From Malacoraja senta (taxonomy: Eukaryota), in contig CM075994.1 in the NCBI GenBank assembly GCA_038087875.1, forward strand, positions 5,520,001 through 5,584,000: DNA of 64,000 nucleotides. Reading direction: 5' to 3'. Under the pieces are notes generated by a model that had not been told where the DNA came from, ran no database searches, and was given only the letters and a program-made list of their open reading frames with translations. Below are positions 52,945 to 64,000 of this stretch, one piece after another; the first letter of the stretch is position 1, and every line of letters begins with the position of its first letter. The position numbers were made by a program, and so were the translations under genes.

Positions 52945-53374
52945 GACAACCCGCTGCCTGACAGCCCGCTGCCTTGGCCAGGCTCAGGAGGAAATCGAGA
53001 GGGGTGTCCCATTCTAATTTACGAATCACGTTACTTGGAATATGTTAGGGAACGAAGAATGGGCACATAAGTTACATGTATTAAGCAACAAAGCAACGCC
53101 GATTTTTGTAAGAGGTGGAAACCCTCGGCTGCATTTTATACTCGAAGTTATGAGTCAAAACAGTACGTCGCAATTTCTAACTCACAGAGAAAATAATTAC
53201 CCGTATCATTATTTCTGATGGATTACATTGCATGTCTTGAAAATAACCTAAACCTTTCCGTGATATATTCCAAACGCATCGCTGGACAGTTACCCAACAA
53301 GGATTCAAGCGTTTAACCCCTCTTTATACAATACATCTTCTTCTACCGCATGATCCCATGCAAACACATTTCCA

Positions 53375-54640
53375 CACTCATCTCCAAACGGCTGCACCTC
53401 GGAATCAGCAAGCAACCCTTCACCGCCCCAACACCTTCCGGCTCTCGATCGTCCGCCATCTCACAACAAGACCACAATCTGTTAGGATAGGTGACAACAT
53501 GCCTCCCTTACACACTTACCGCTTCTGCTCCGACTTAATCTATAACTTTGCAAATCACATCACTGCGCTGGGACGGATTACGTACAATGATCAGACACAG
53601 CACAGGAACGATTTCGCACTAAGTAACGTAGTGCGAGGACAATATCATCTGTTTCTCGATGTCAGCAAGACGAAGGAAATAGTTAACTAATTCAGGGTGT
53701 ATGGTGGAATGGATACTCCAATCAGCGTCAATGGTGCCTGAGTGAAAATAGTTGGGAGTCCCTTGGCGTTAGTACCATCAACTGTAACACCTCGGTCGGG
53801 GTCGACGACATAGATGCGACAGGCAAAAATGCACACCAACGCCTCCCAGACGAAACAGAGGAAAAACAAGTCTTCGAAGGACTCTTCCATAAATGGCCGA
53901 TGTACCATACTGCCGGGATGCTTCACATCTTAGTTTCACATAAGTTCTGCCCAAGATCACAAGAATCTGCAGAGAGTTGTAGATGCAGTCTATTCAATCA
54001 CACAGATCAGACTTTCCAAGATAGACAAAAATGCTGGAGAAACTCAGCGGATGAGGCAGCAAATATGGAGCGAAGGTAATAGGCAACGTTTCGAGTCGCA
54101 ACCCTTCTTTAGAAGAAGAACGTCCGAAGAATGGTTTTGACCGGAAACGTTGCCTATATACTTCGCTCCATAGTTGCTGAGTTACCCGCTGAGTTTCTCC
54201 AACTTTTTTGTCTACCTTCCATTTTCCAGCATTTCGGGAAAAACATAACCAGAGATGTGACCTATAGCGCTCATTCATTCTTCCTTCTCCCGTCCGGCTG
54301 AAGGTACGGACGCTTGGAAATGCGTAAGACAATACTCAGAAATAATTTCATCCTTTGTGTTTTCAGCCTTCTTTTTAACCATCCCATGAGCTCGAGTACT
54401 GTCCGATTCACGCCAACACCATTGTTGACATTGGACTATGTTATGAATCTGGCGCACTGCATGCTGACAACTTAATTCTGCACTGTCTATCTTCCACTTT
54501 GCTCTGTTCATAGTGCTTTGTTCTGACTTGATTTTACTGATGTACAGTATTTTCAAATCAGATAGGATCGGGTGAAAACAAAGCTTTTCTCTGTACGTCC
54601 GTGGCAATAAGTGGCAATAGTAAACCAAAGCCTAAGCCTG
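53375..54640 (+). mobile_element. Decayed Rex1/Babar-type LINE, interrupted at about 54020-54240
   Basis: LTTRPQSVRIGD, LDVSKTKEIV, KNLQRVV motifs; 3' tail caaagcttttctctgtac...caatagtaaac. Confidence 0.72.
54020..54240. mobile_element. Inverted pair of Penelope pseudo-LTR repeats with degenerate hammerhead cores
   Basis: ...aggcaacgtttcgagtcgcaacccttctttag / ccgaagaatggttttgaccggaaacgttgcct...; the arms are reverse complements. Confidence 0.8.
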
Positions 54641-55530
54641 CGGATTTCGAGACTTACAGATTGTGGGTCGTGATGTGATCTGGTTTTGCTGTTTAACTAC
54701 TGTACAAGTCCATTAATATGACAAAGTACCATTGCAACTCGAATCATAGTTCCGCTAGAAAAGGTCTCTGTTTATTTCCATACATTCAATTGAACGAAGA
54801 TTAGTTTCGCCAGTTTAATGACCTGCTGGAGAAGTGATAACGTTTGCCTTTCCAGATAATAGTTAGCCTACCTCTCTCAACACCAGATGTAAATCGTTTC
54901 GTGTCATTTCACGGGCAATGTTATAGGTTTTATTAGCCATTCGTTCCTATGTGCTCCAGCCACGAAATAAAATTACGCTGAGAGGTTGAAAGTGTTTGCC
55001 ACGGGATAAAAATATGGCAGAATACTAGCACCAAATTTACGATTTTTCTCTTTAAAAAGAGAATTTCATACAACAGATTTGGATATATGGACCAAATCCA
55101 GTCTAAAACGAGCTTGTGATCCACTGGTATTCTTTTTGAATAAGCTACTTTCTCATACCTTCATCCTTTAGTCGTAAAAGCACCTCTGTCGAAAAAGGGA
55201 GAGACTTGAACACATTTAAATAATACATGGCCTTTCCATTCGAAGTTTCAGTTTTCACCGGACAATTAGCGAAATTATATATTTTAGGTGGTATTCATTT
55301 GCTTAATAAACTATGTAGTTTAATCTGGTCTGTGCTCTTGAAGGGCATGTGCGTAATTAGAAAATTGCTTCGGGATTTGAGAAATGTTCGTGAGATAAAA
55401 GAACGCAATGAACATAGTAGCAGAATACATCACAATAACATATTGATTTGGGATTTGGATCAGAAGGTAGACAAATGGCATACGTAGACTTCATATGTAA
55501 TATCAATGGAACGTTTAGTAAATATCATAA

Positions 55531-56013
55531 TGGCAGTTTTTTTAAACCTTCTCTGAATCCAATTTCGATAGCCATTAATAATCGGATAAAATTTGAAAGT
55601 ATATCCTATCGCACTCACGACACACAAAAGACAGCAAATATGAATCTTTCAGACGTAGTTTCTTGATTAATTAGCCGTTTACTGAAGTAATGCAAAACAA
55701 AAAAAGTTCTCATAATTTTCCGCTCCGAGTCGCTGTTCTATTCACGTCATATAAATCACTTAAAGGGTTCTGCTTATATGTCGTCTCGTAATATGGTTGT
55801 CGTGAACATTGTAGAAACATTTTTTCCATCATACTCGGACAGAATCTACGTAAAGAATTAGAGTTGCGAGTATGCACGAGACTCCTCTTACAAAAGAACA
55901 CACCCCTACTACGTTTCAAATCCCACCTACCAAAATGCAGACAGATAAGGACAAAAATATTTTTAAAATGTTAGATATGGCTATAATATACTGGCTTAAG
56001 CTTAATGGCTCCA
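55531..56013 (-). repeat. BEL 3' LTR
   Basis: About 75-80% identical by eye to 62714-63177. Confidence 0.8.
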
Positions 56014-56127
56014 TAATTATTCTGAGTATATAACGAGGCAATTACCAATAGACATTAGAAAGGAAGCTATAAAAGCTTTACATATTTATAAAAAAAAACA
56101 AAAGTAATAAGCATTATATAATAACAT

Positions 56128-59100
56128 TCAGATTTCTTTAGCGATTCTTCCATCTTCACCTTCGCCTTCAAGAAACAGACGTATCTTGGTTATCGTTCTC
56201 ACAAATACCTTAGTCAGAAGTCGTACTGTTTGCACCAAACATTTAACATCAGGCATGATCTCCAGTATTTTGCACAGAACCCACATTTTCAACAGCATGT
56301 AAGTTCTTCCTCCATGTCCAATCTGTTCTTGGATATGCCGTATCAACACCAGGGGCGCCGGGGAGATGGCCAGCCCTGTCGGCAGTCTGTTCGTTTTTTC
56401 ACCTTTTTTATGTTTAGCGTCTGTTAAGAGTTTGTTTTAATGTACTTCGGCTTGTTTTATGTGGGGGGCGGGGGATTGGGGGAAACATTTTTTTCAAGTT
56501 CTTACCTTCCCGGAGATGTGATAGATTTTAGGATCACATTCTCCGGGCTCTGCGGCCTACCATGGATGGAGTTGGAAGCCTCCTCGGACTGTCGTGAGCC
56601 CCACCGCGGAGCGCGGACTTAACACGGGAGCTGATCCCTTGCCTGGGATCGCTCCCGCCGCGGCCTGCGGACTTACCATCAAGGGCTCGCAGTCTCGGGC
56701 GCTCCAACGCCGCAAATGGTTCGACCAGCCCCGACGCGAGGTTTGATCGCCCGGCGCGGAGGAGCTGACAACCCCCCGATGCAGGAGCTGAACGCCTCGA
56801 CGCGGAGGGCACGAACGCCGCCGGCTACGAGAGTCAAGACATCAACGGAGTGTCCCATCAACGGAGGGCTCGAGGCCCCCGACCGAAGAAGAACTAAAGG
56901 AAGTACTTGAACATTATTTCGCCTTCCATCACAGCGAGGAATATGTAGGTGTAACTGTGGTGAATGTTCATGTTAAAATGTGTTTTTGAGTCTGTTGATT
57001 TTAATTGAATGACTGACCTGGCCCGTGAAATTTCTCTTCTGTTGCAAAACATACTTGGCGAATAAAATCTGATTCTGATTCTGATTCTGATTCTGATTCA
57101 GAAATTTGAAATATGAAAGTACTTCGCGAGAATAATAGGTTGCTTAGCCCCTTCATGTATTGCTAGTCTATTCAGAAGACCACATGCTCTCAATTGTCAT
57201 TGTTTTGGCTTTAATAAACCAACCCACCACTCTCATCAACTTATTCCATGATGATAAATGGGTCATTAAATCGTACGTTTAGTTCAAGGAATCTTCAATA
57301 ATAACATTCGCAGTGAGGTTTTGCTTGATTCCCGGATCATTAGCAGAAATTTGGCCAGGCCATGCTCTGCCCAGCCTACATATAAACTCTGGTCCATTAA
57401 TCCATCTCTATTGCTTAAGATGCGGTCTGTTCAGGGGCTGTACCACTGCGGCGACGTAAATTATCTGGTTTCCTTGACTCTGTTAACTGGTGGAATGGTT
57501 TCCATTGCAGCACGATAAAATTGTTGCTGTTCAACTTGGTTGCCATGAGTGATCCATTCTTCAAGAGGGAAGTCAGAATATTTACCATTTGAATTGCTTC
57601 CTCTTGCGTAGAAATGGATTATAAATAATCATCCACATAGAATTAATTTGTTACTGTTTTTGTCACTTCTTCGAGAAAGTTAGCTTTATTCTCGTCGGCG
57701 TTCTGCCATAATGCAATGTTTGCACAACTCGCTGATGACACCGCTCCAAAGCGATGTACATTCATCCGATATTCCACCAGATAGTGTGGTACATCATCAT
57801 CAGGCCACCATAGGAATCGCAAATAGTCAATATGCTTTTCTGATACTTTAACTTGATGCAGCATGGCTTTAATAACAGCCATGAAATCATTCGGTTCTTT
57901 TCTGCATTTAATGGGAACTCCAATGAGTGAGTTCGGGAGGTCAGGACCCTGTAGTAGTGGACAGTTAAGTGATGTTCCTGTGAAGACTGCAGCACAGTCA
58001 AAAACACCCTCAAGGTCCCTTTCTTCAAGTGACACATCCCATGGTGCGGAATATACCAAAGCCCTTCGTCACTTCGATTCAGCTGGCCTGTTGGTACCAT
58101 TTCGGCATAAACACTATGAATCATTTCCTTTAGGAAACATGTATATTCATCATGACATTTCGTATTCTTGCGAAACTTGCGTTACAGATTTAGGTACGTT
58201 GTTCTCCAACGCGACGCGGCAGACAAACACATTTTTTTTGAAAGCCAAGTCAAGACAATAACGTCCTTTGTCTTTACTGAGATCTTAACTAAGCGGTTCA
58301 TGACACCCAAGAACTTTAACTGCTTTCTGGACATTTCCTCTGATTTCTTACTGATGTTTTCATTGAAGTGATTGTATTGTTTGATCTATAGCTCTTCTAA
58401 TTTCACAATAGATATTTGAGTGACAGCAGCAGGGTGGTTGTTCTGGTTCCTGCTTTTATTGTTCCTTCCCAAGGACAAATAGATAATCCATCCGAGTATG
58501 GTTCTCACAGCAAATGGTCCATCCCCTTGCTGTGAGGGGGAAGGCAATGCCTTCAAAGTATTCGTTCTGATAAGTAGCTTGATACCATAATTTATTTTAA
58601 GTATCTTGATATACTTCAATAATTATTTTAAGTATCTTGATATACTTCAAGTAAGGCCATTTTATCATGTATTTCTGCTTGGGGGTATTTAGATGAGAAA
58701 CACACATGGTCTTATGTGTGAACACATCAAGTTGTATAAAATTGGCTTTGCCCAGACTATATATTTCCAAACTTGAGATATGATGATTCATCACAGGCTT
58801 CTCTTCATTTATCGTACGCAAGTAAATCTTCGTCTTTTGGCCTGTAATGTTCAGCCTTCTCATTAATCTCTCTGTGCAAAAGGTAGCCGAACTCGCATGA
58901 TCCAAAAATACATATGTTTGCAACACTGCCCTAGCTGCTCCTTACCTTTACTGGTTAGATTGAGAAATACACAGGTGTCTACCACGGCCCCTATATGCGC
59001 ATTTGTCTTAGGTGAGGTAAACCACGGCCCCAATATGCGCATTTGTCTGAGGTGAGGTAAAACCATCACTGAGCTGGCTTCTCCTTCAGTTCTATTTTCT

Positions 59101-60926
59101 CCGGTGGCGTTTCCGTATTCTTCTGTTCAGTGTGAAGTAATTCAGGGTGATCGTGATTGCACTTATCTCAAGTTATACGACTCTTGCAGGCCTTAACCAT
59201 GTGTCCTTTCTTCAAACATCCAAAATATATTCCCTTCTCCTTGAAGAAGCCCAACTTTTCTTTATATTCCTTCTTCTTAAAATTTCGACACTACCTTATG
59301 GTGTGACCAACCTACCAAATGACAAACAGAAACCTTGTGGCTTAATGGCAGATGCGTCTCTTCTCTGCTCACCTGTTGCTTCTACTTGTAATACAGCGGT
59401 AGAAGAACTGCTTTCCTTATGTACTGATCTTCCTTTTGTTATAGTTAAGGTAGAACCTTTGGCAGTTACTGGTTTAGGATCTGGAATATTCCCAGAGCGT
59501 GAATTTGACATTAATCGTGCTTCCTTTTCAATGAAACTCACCAGATCAGGAAGTATGGGCTCTCGATCCTCATCTTCCTCTATCAGACCTGCGTTGATAC
59601 TCCACTTGTCTCTAAGTCTATAGGGCTGTTTCTGAGTGATAGTTCTCATATTGCTAACAATAATAATTTAATGCATGTAGTTGAGATGTTTAATTGAGCT
59701 ACAACAACTAAGATATATCGCAAACTCACGCAATGCTTTTGCGTCGTCTGGCGTGATAGCTGTCCAAGCATAGGCCTTCTTCACGTATGCATAAGCAATC
59801 TGGTGTTCGTTACCAAAATGTTCTCTAAGCAAATCTCTTGCCGTAGGATAGCCCTCACCGGCAGGCAAGTTACGACAACCTCCAAAAAGCTACTTTGGAT
59901 ACCCGCTTGTGTAATACTCCAGAATTCATAAGCGATCTATTTCATTGTTAGTTTTCATTTCCACTCCTTCCAAGAACTAGTCTATGAAAGTTTCATATTG
60001 CAAAGGACCACTCTCGAATTTTAGAATTTCGGGTGCAAGTAAAGTGGAAGAGAGATTATCCTGAGCTAGTGACTCGCTAATTCTGATTTGATTCCTCATC
60101 AATTCACAGATTACGTGCTCAAATCCCTCATTAGACTCAGTGGAACGGTAAACAGGACTCTGAGAAGAATCCTGGTCTTGGTAAATTTTGTCCCGAGTTC
60201 CATGGCTAGTTGTTTTTCCCAGACTGGGCGTCACTGGATCATAAACGGACATCCGCCAATCTTGGCATGTTCGAGTCTGTGTTTAGGCATTTAAGAAGAG
60301 TACTGAGTTGCTGGCTGGTTGCGAGCCTCAACAGACGGCCCATATTGACTTTGCATCTGTCTGGCGCCCGGTTGCTTAGATGAGGTTTTATCACACATTC
60401 CCTGGCTCCGTGCTAGTGGTGAGTCGCGAGACCAGATATTCTCTGGCTGTAGATTTGATTTACCTGCTGATTCCAGCGTAGCAGTTCATTTTCCTATTAT
60501 TGAACTTTTCTTCCAAGATGCTTTCGAGCCGCTCCTTGAACTGACCTTCCAGTATCCCAATCTTCGTCCTGGCTTCTTCCAACTTCGTATCCACTTCCAA
60601 CTGTTCATTCTCTCTACTTAACGGCCTTCCTTCATCCTCAACCTCTATCTTCGTCTGTTCCGCACGTGCCTCACCATCTCTTTCGTCGGTTCGGCGTGTG
60701 CGTCAGCCTTTACCTTCTTCTGTTCCAGCTGCTCTTCCTGTGCTACATAATCATGCCTTTTCTCCAAAGCGGCAGCTTGGAGCGAAGGAGTAGCCATTGT
60801 TGCTTCAGCTTCCATACGAGCAGAGACCATTGTGGTTGAACTGATTACGGAACCAGATTCATTTATTGATCTTCGTGTTGAGACGTTTAAAATACTATCT
60901 TTGCATCCAATTTCGTCTCCCAACAA
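56128..60926 (-). pseudogene. BEL gag-pol remnant with many stops, frameshifts and deletions
   Basis: Domain order Gag-PR-RT-IN is seen in ORF fragments 59668-60252, 58597-58926, 57643-58124 and 56128-56349. Confidence 0.88.
56346..57097 (+). mobile_element. Non-autonomous CpG-rich retroposon with a (TTCTGA)n tail, inserted in the BEL integrase
   Basis: Splits the integrase motif PIILAKYFHISNF|LIRHIQEQ; AATAAA plus microsatellite tail; related to 554-720 and 63878-64000. Confidence 0.8.
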
Positions 60927-61697
60927 TATTATCTAAATGGTGGCCGATTAGGAAAAGGGGAGATGCAGCGAGACCTGGGTGTCATGGTACACCAATCATT
61001 GAAAGTAGGCATGCAGGTGCAGCAGGCAGTGAAGAAAGCGAATGGTATGTTATCTTTCATAGCAAAAGCATTTGAGTATAGGAGCAGGGAGGTTCTACTG
61101 CAGTTGTACAGGGTCTTGGTGAGACCACACCTGGAGTATTGCGTAAAGTTTAGGTCTCCAAATCTGAGGAAGGACATTATAGCCATACAAGGAGTGCAGA
61201 GAAGGTTCACCAGACTGATTCCTGGGATGTCAGGACTTTCATATGAAGAAAGACTGGATAGACTTGGCATACTCGCTAGAATTTAGGAGATTGAGAGGGG
61301 ATCTTATAGAAACGTACAAAATTCGTATGGGGTTGGACAGGCTAGATGCAGGAAGATTGTTCCCGATGTTGGAGAAGTCCAGAACAAGGGGTCACAGCTT
61401 AAGGACAAGGGGGAAATCATTTAAGACCGAGATGAGAAAAAACTTTTTCACACAGAGAGTGGTGAATCTCTGGAACTCTCTCCCACAGAGGATACTTGAG
61501 GCCAGTTCATTGGCTATATTTAAGAGGGAGTTAGATGTGGCCCTTGTGGATAAAGGGATCAGGTGGTATGGGGAGAAGGCAGGTACGGGATACTGAGTTG
61601 GATGATCATCCATGATCATATTGAATGGCGGTGCAGGCTCGAAGGGCCGAAGGGCCTACTCCTGCACCTATTTTCTATGTATTTCTATGTATCTATG
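60927..61697 (+). mobile_element. 5'-truncated HER1-type CR1 inserted in BEL gag
   Basis: QRDLGVMVHQSLKV, RPHLEYC, SLEFRRLRGDLIE; (TTCTATGT)-like tail. Confidence 0.95.
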
Positions 61698-62713
61698 ATG
61701 ATCTTGTTGCTTAGCTTCTCCAAGTTAAGCGCAATGTTTGTGTTGCGACAACCGACAACCGATATTCTGCTTTTTCCGGATACATGAGTTCCCTATTGTT
61801 TTCAATTGATTCATTAACTTTATTCCTTATCGAGTCTCTATCCTTCTGCCATTTTTTTCACGTGAGCTGCTTGTCCTTAGTTGTGCTTGCTGATTCTCTT
61901 CTCATATCTTCTCTGGTTCGGCTCTTTGTGGCTCACCTGTGGCTCTTCTCCTTCTCTTCTCTCTTCTGGCTCCACACCTCCCTCTTGTGGTGCATCTTCG
62001 TACTTCCCTGCTGAGCCCATAATGAGTAAATCCATGGCTGGCTGCTAGATCGTTATTTAGACGTAGTGCATGAGTTCAGAACGGTCTGTTCTGCTTCTTC
62101 AAAACAATCATTAGCTGAGCACCTCTTGTGTTGTCAAAGTTCAAAACATCGTTATTTCCAAGGTCATGGTTCAGCAATCGCTGCCATATCTTCAAATTAA
62201 TGTAAACAAGCTTTCTGGCTGTCTTCAATATTTTGCAGGCAGTCCCGGAAAGGACGTGTGACGTAATATTTTTTCGACACAATGACGTGTTTACTTAAGA
62301 CCTATTGACGTATGCTCCCAGAATGAAATTCAAACAATCTGTTTCTATTCTTCAGGAAATAATCCTCAGGAAATAAAAACATCGGATTGTTTGACATTTT
62401 CAATGTCGCTTCAATACAACATTGTATCTAATCTCGTAGCTGTTTTCAAGTTTGCAATGGCAGCCTTTTAAAAAAAATACAACGTTTTCTGCTCGTTACT
62501 CACAGATATGGTGTTCTTACCAATTCTTCAATCTTCGTGGCTTCTGATGACCAAGGTCATGAACTCGTGTCCGTTGACTGCGACCAGCAGATTATTTGGT
62601 CCAGGATTTAAGCTCTGATCTCCGGCAGAGAATCAGCCTTTCTGCAGTTCCTCTCTTGGAAGCAGTCTTTAGCAACTGCCTCCTGGTAGTAACATAGTTT
62701 TCTACTTAAATAA

Positions 62714-63177
62714 TGGCAGGTTTTTTCAAACGTTCCCAAAATCTAATTTCGGTAGCCATTAATAATCGGAGACGATTTGAAGGTGTAACCTAACGCACTC
62801 ACCACACACAAGAGAAGGCAAAGATGAATCTTTCAGACGTCGTTGTTGATTAATTAGTCGTTTATTGATGGAATAGAAAACAAATGAGTAACTCATATCA
62901 TTCCATCTTAGTCGCTGTTCCATTCACGTCATATTAATCACATAAAGGCTTATTATTATAAAGGTATGTCGTCTAGAAACATGTGTGTCGTGATCATGGC
63001 AGAAACCTATTTCCCCTCATATTCCGACACAAACTAAAACTTCAAATCTGCGAGTCTGCTCGTGACTCATCTATCAAAATAACACACCCGTACTACGTAT
63101 CAAATCCCACCTACAAAATACAGACAGATAAGGTCTAAATATTAAAAATGTCAGATAGTGCTCTAATGGCTCCTACA
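62714..63177 (-). repeat. BEL 5' LTR
   Basis: Direct repeat of 55531-56013; the minus strand begins TGTAGGAGCC. Confidence 0.8.
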
Positions 63178-63283
63178 AATGGCTCCTACAAATATTTTGG
63201 CCATTTTAATTTTTTCAAGTAGTGAAGCTAAAAATAACAGAGGCAGTGGCAAAGGTCCAACAATGTTGACGAAATTAAAATAG

Positions 63284-63860
63284 AACCAAAATGCTGGAAT
63301 AACTCAGCGCGGCAGCCAGGTTCTCCGGAATGAAGGAATGGGTGACGTTTCGGGTCCAGAGCCTTCTTCATACTGAGAGTCGGCGGAGAGGGCGATACAG
63401 TGCTAAATAATGTAGGCTGTGAATATGAGACATAAAAGAGGACGGTGATAAAGGAGAATGTATAATCGATCATTGTTAGCATTGTTACCATGACAACGAA
63501 GCATACACAGGTAACACATTAAATCATGGGGACAGTCAGACCGGTTGGTGAACTATGTCTTATTTTCACAACACACCGTCTTTCCATCTGTCTGAAGAAG
63601 GGTTTCGGCCCGAAACGTTGCCTATTTCCTTCGCTCCATAGATGCTGCTGCACACGCTGAGTTCCTCCAGCACTTTTGTCAACCTTCTTCCCATCTGTGC
63701 CGCCCTATCCTCTGACCCTCAGGCTCAAGAAGGGCCTTGATCCGAATCGACACCCATCCCTTCTATCCAGGGATGCAGCCTGTTCCGCTGAGTTCATCCA
63801 GCATTTTGTGTCTATCGTATATGTAAAGGAGCATCTTCAGTTCCTCCTGCACAATTACGA
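63284..63860. mobile_element. Penelope-like pseudo-LTR cluster (one minus copy, two plus copies)
   Basis: Repeated unit (c)tgaagaagg...cccgaaacgt...gatgctgc...gctgagtt.ctccagca. Confidence 0.8.
63590..63625 (+). ncRNA. Minimal Penelope-type hammerhead ribozyme motif
   Basis: CTGAAGA (63592-63598), stem II GGGT-TTCG-GCCC, then GAAAC with the palindrome AACGTT. Stem I is only about 2 bp. Confidence 0.65.
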
Positions 63861-63877
63861 CGAAATGTTACCTTTAT

Positions 63878-64000
63878 GACATCGAGGAGCTCACAGTCTC
63901 AAGTAGGGACTGAAAACGTGTAATTCCAAGGTCGCAAGAGGTTCGACCAGCCCCGACCCATGTTTCGATCGCCGGAGCGGGTAGCTCAGATCTCCCGATG
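63878..64000 (+). mobile_element. Fragment of the same CpG-rich retroposon family as 56346-57097, running off the window
   Basis: Shares ggttcgaccagccccgac...gatcgcc...cccgatg with 56676-56781. Confidence 0.75.

Larger units (their letters stand above)
55531..63177 (-). mobile_element. Old BEL/Pao LTR retrotransposon, decayed, with nested insertions
   Basis: Direct repeats at about 55531-56013 and 62714-63177. Gag (APEILKFESGPLQY, LLREHFGNE), protease (FLDHASSATFCTE), RT (WYIPHHG, LLQGPDL, YVDD), integrase (IRHIQEQIGHGGR, RTITKI). LTR edges are approximate. Confidence 0.88.

Noticed and set aside
55515..55535. TSD for the BEL element (AATAT at 55521-55525 versus 63191-63195)
   Set aside because: It would require a non-canonical LTR end, and the boundaries are too decayed to call.
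56346..56400. HDV-like ribozyme at the 5' end of the CpG-rich retroposon
   Set aside because: I could not build a convincing nested double pseudoknot by eye.

Overview
Eukaryotic, gene-poor, repeat-dense window. The repeat families (HER1-type CR1 LINEs, HE1/V-type SINEs, Penelope remnants) point to a cartilaginous fish, probably a skate or ray; this is inference. No host protein-coding gene is confidently recognisable. The dominant structure is a ~35.6 kb unit (13082-48679) with Helitron termini (A|TC ... hairpin-CTGG|T). Its interior has expanded into a ~34 kb array of 69/64-bp satellite with kb-scale duplicated blocks. The array carries a young CR1 fragment and a deleted Gypsy LTR element, and that element's 3' LTR holds a near full-length CR1. 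The left flank has CR1 fragments, a HERO-clade non-LTR 3' end whose 3' UTR has hammerhead core motifs in a non-circularly permuted order, SINEs and a ~2.6 kb Mutator-like foldback element. The right flank has a microsatellite-cored palindromic element, a Tx1 3' end abutting (CT)n, Rex1/Babar remnants, an old BEL/Pao LTR element with nested insertions, and several Penelope-type minimal hammerhead copies. All family assignments come from motif recognition by eye, not database searches. Identities are rough hand estimates.
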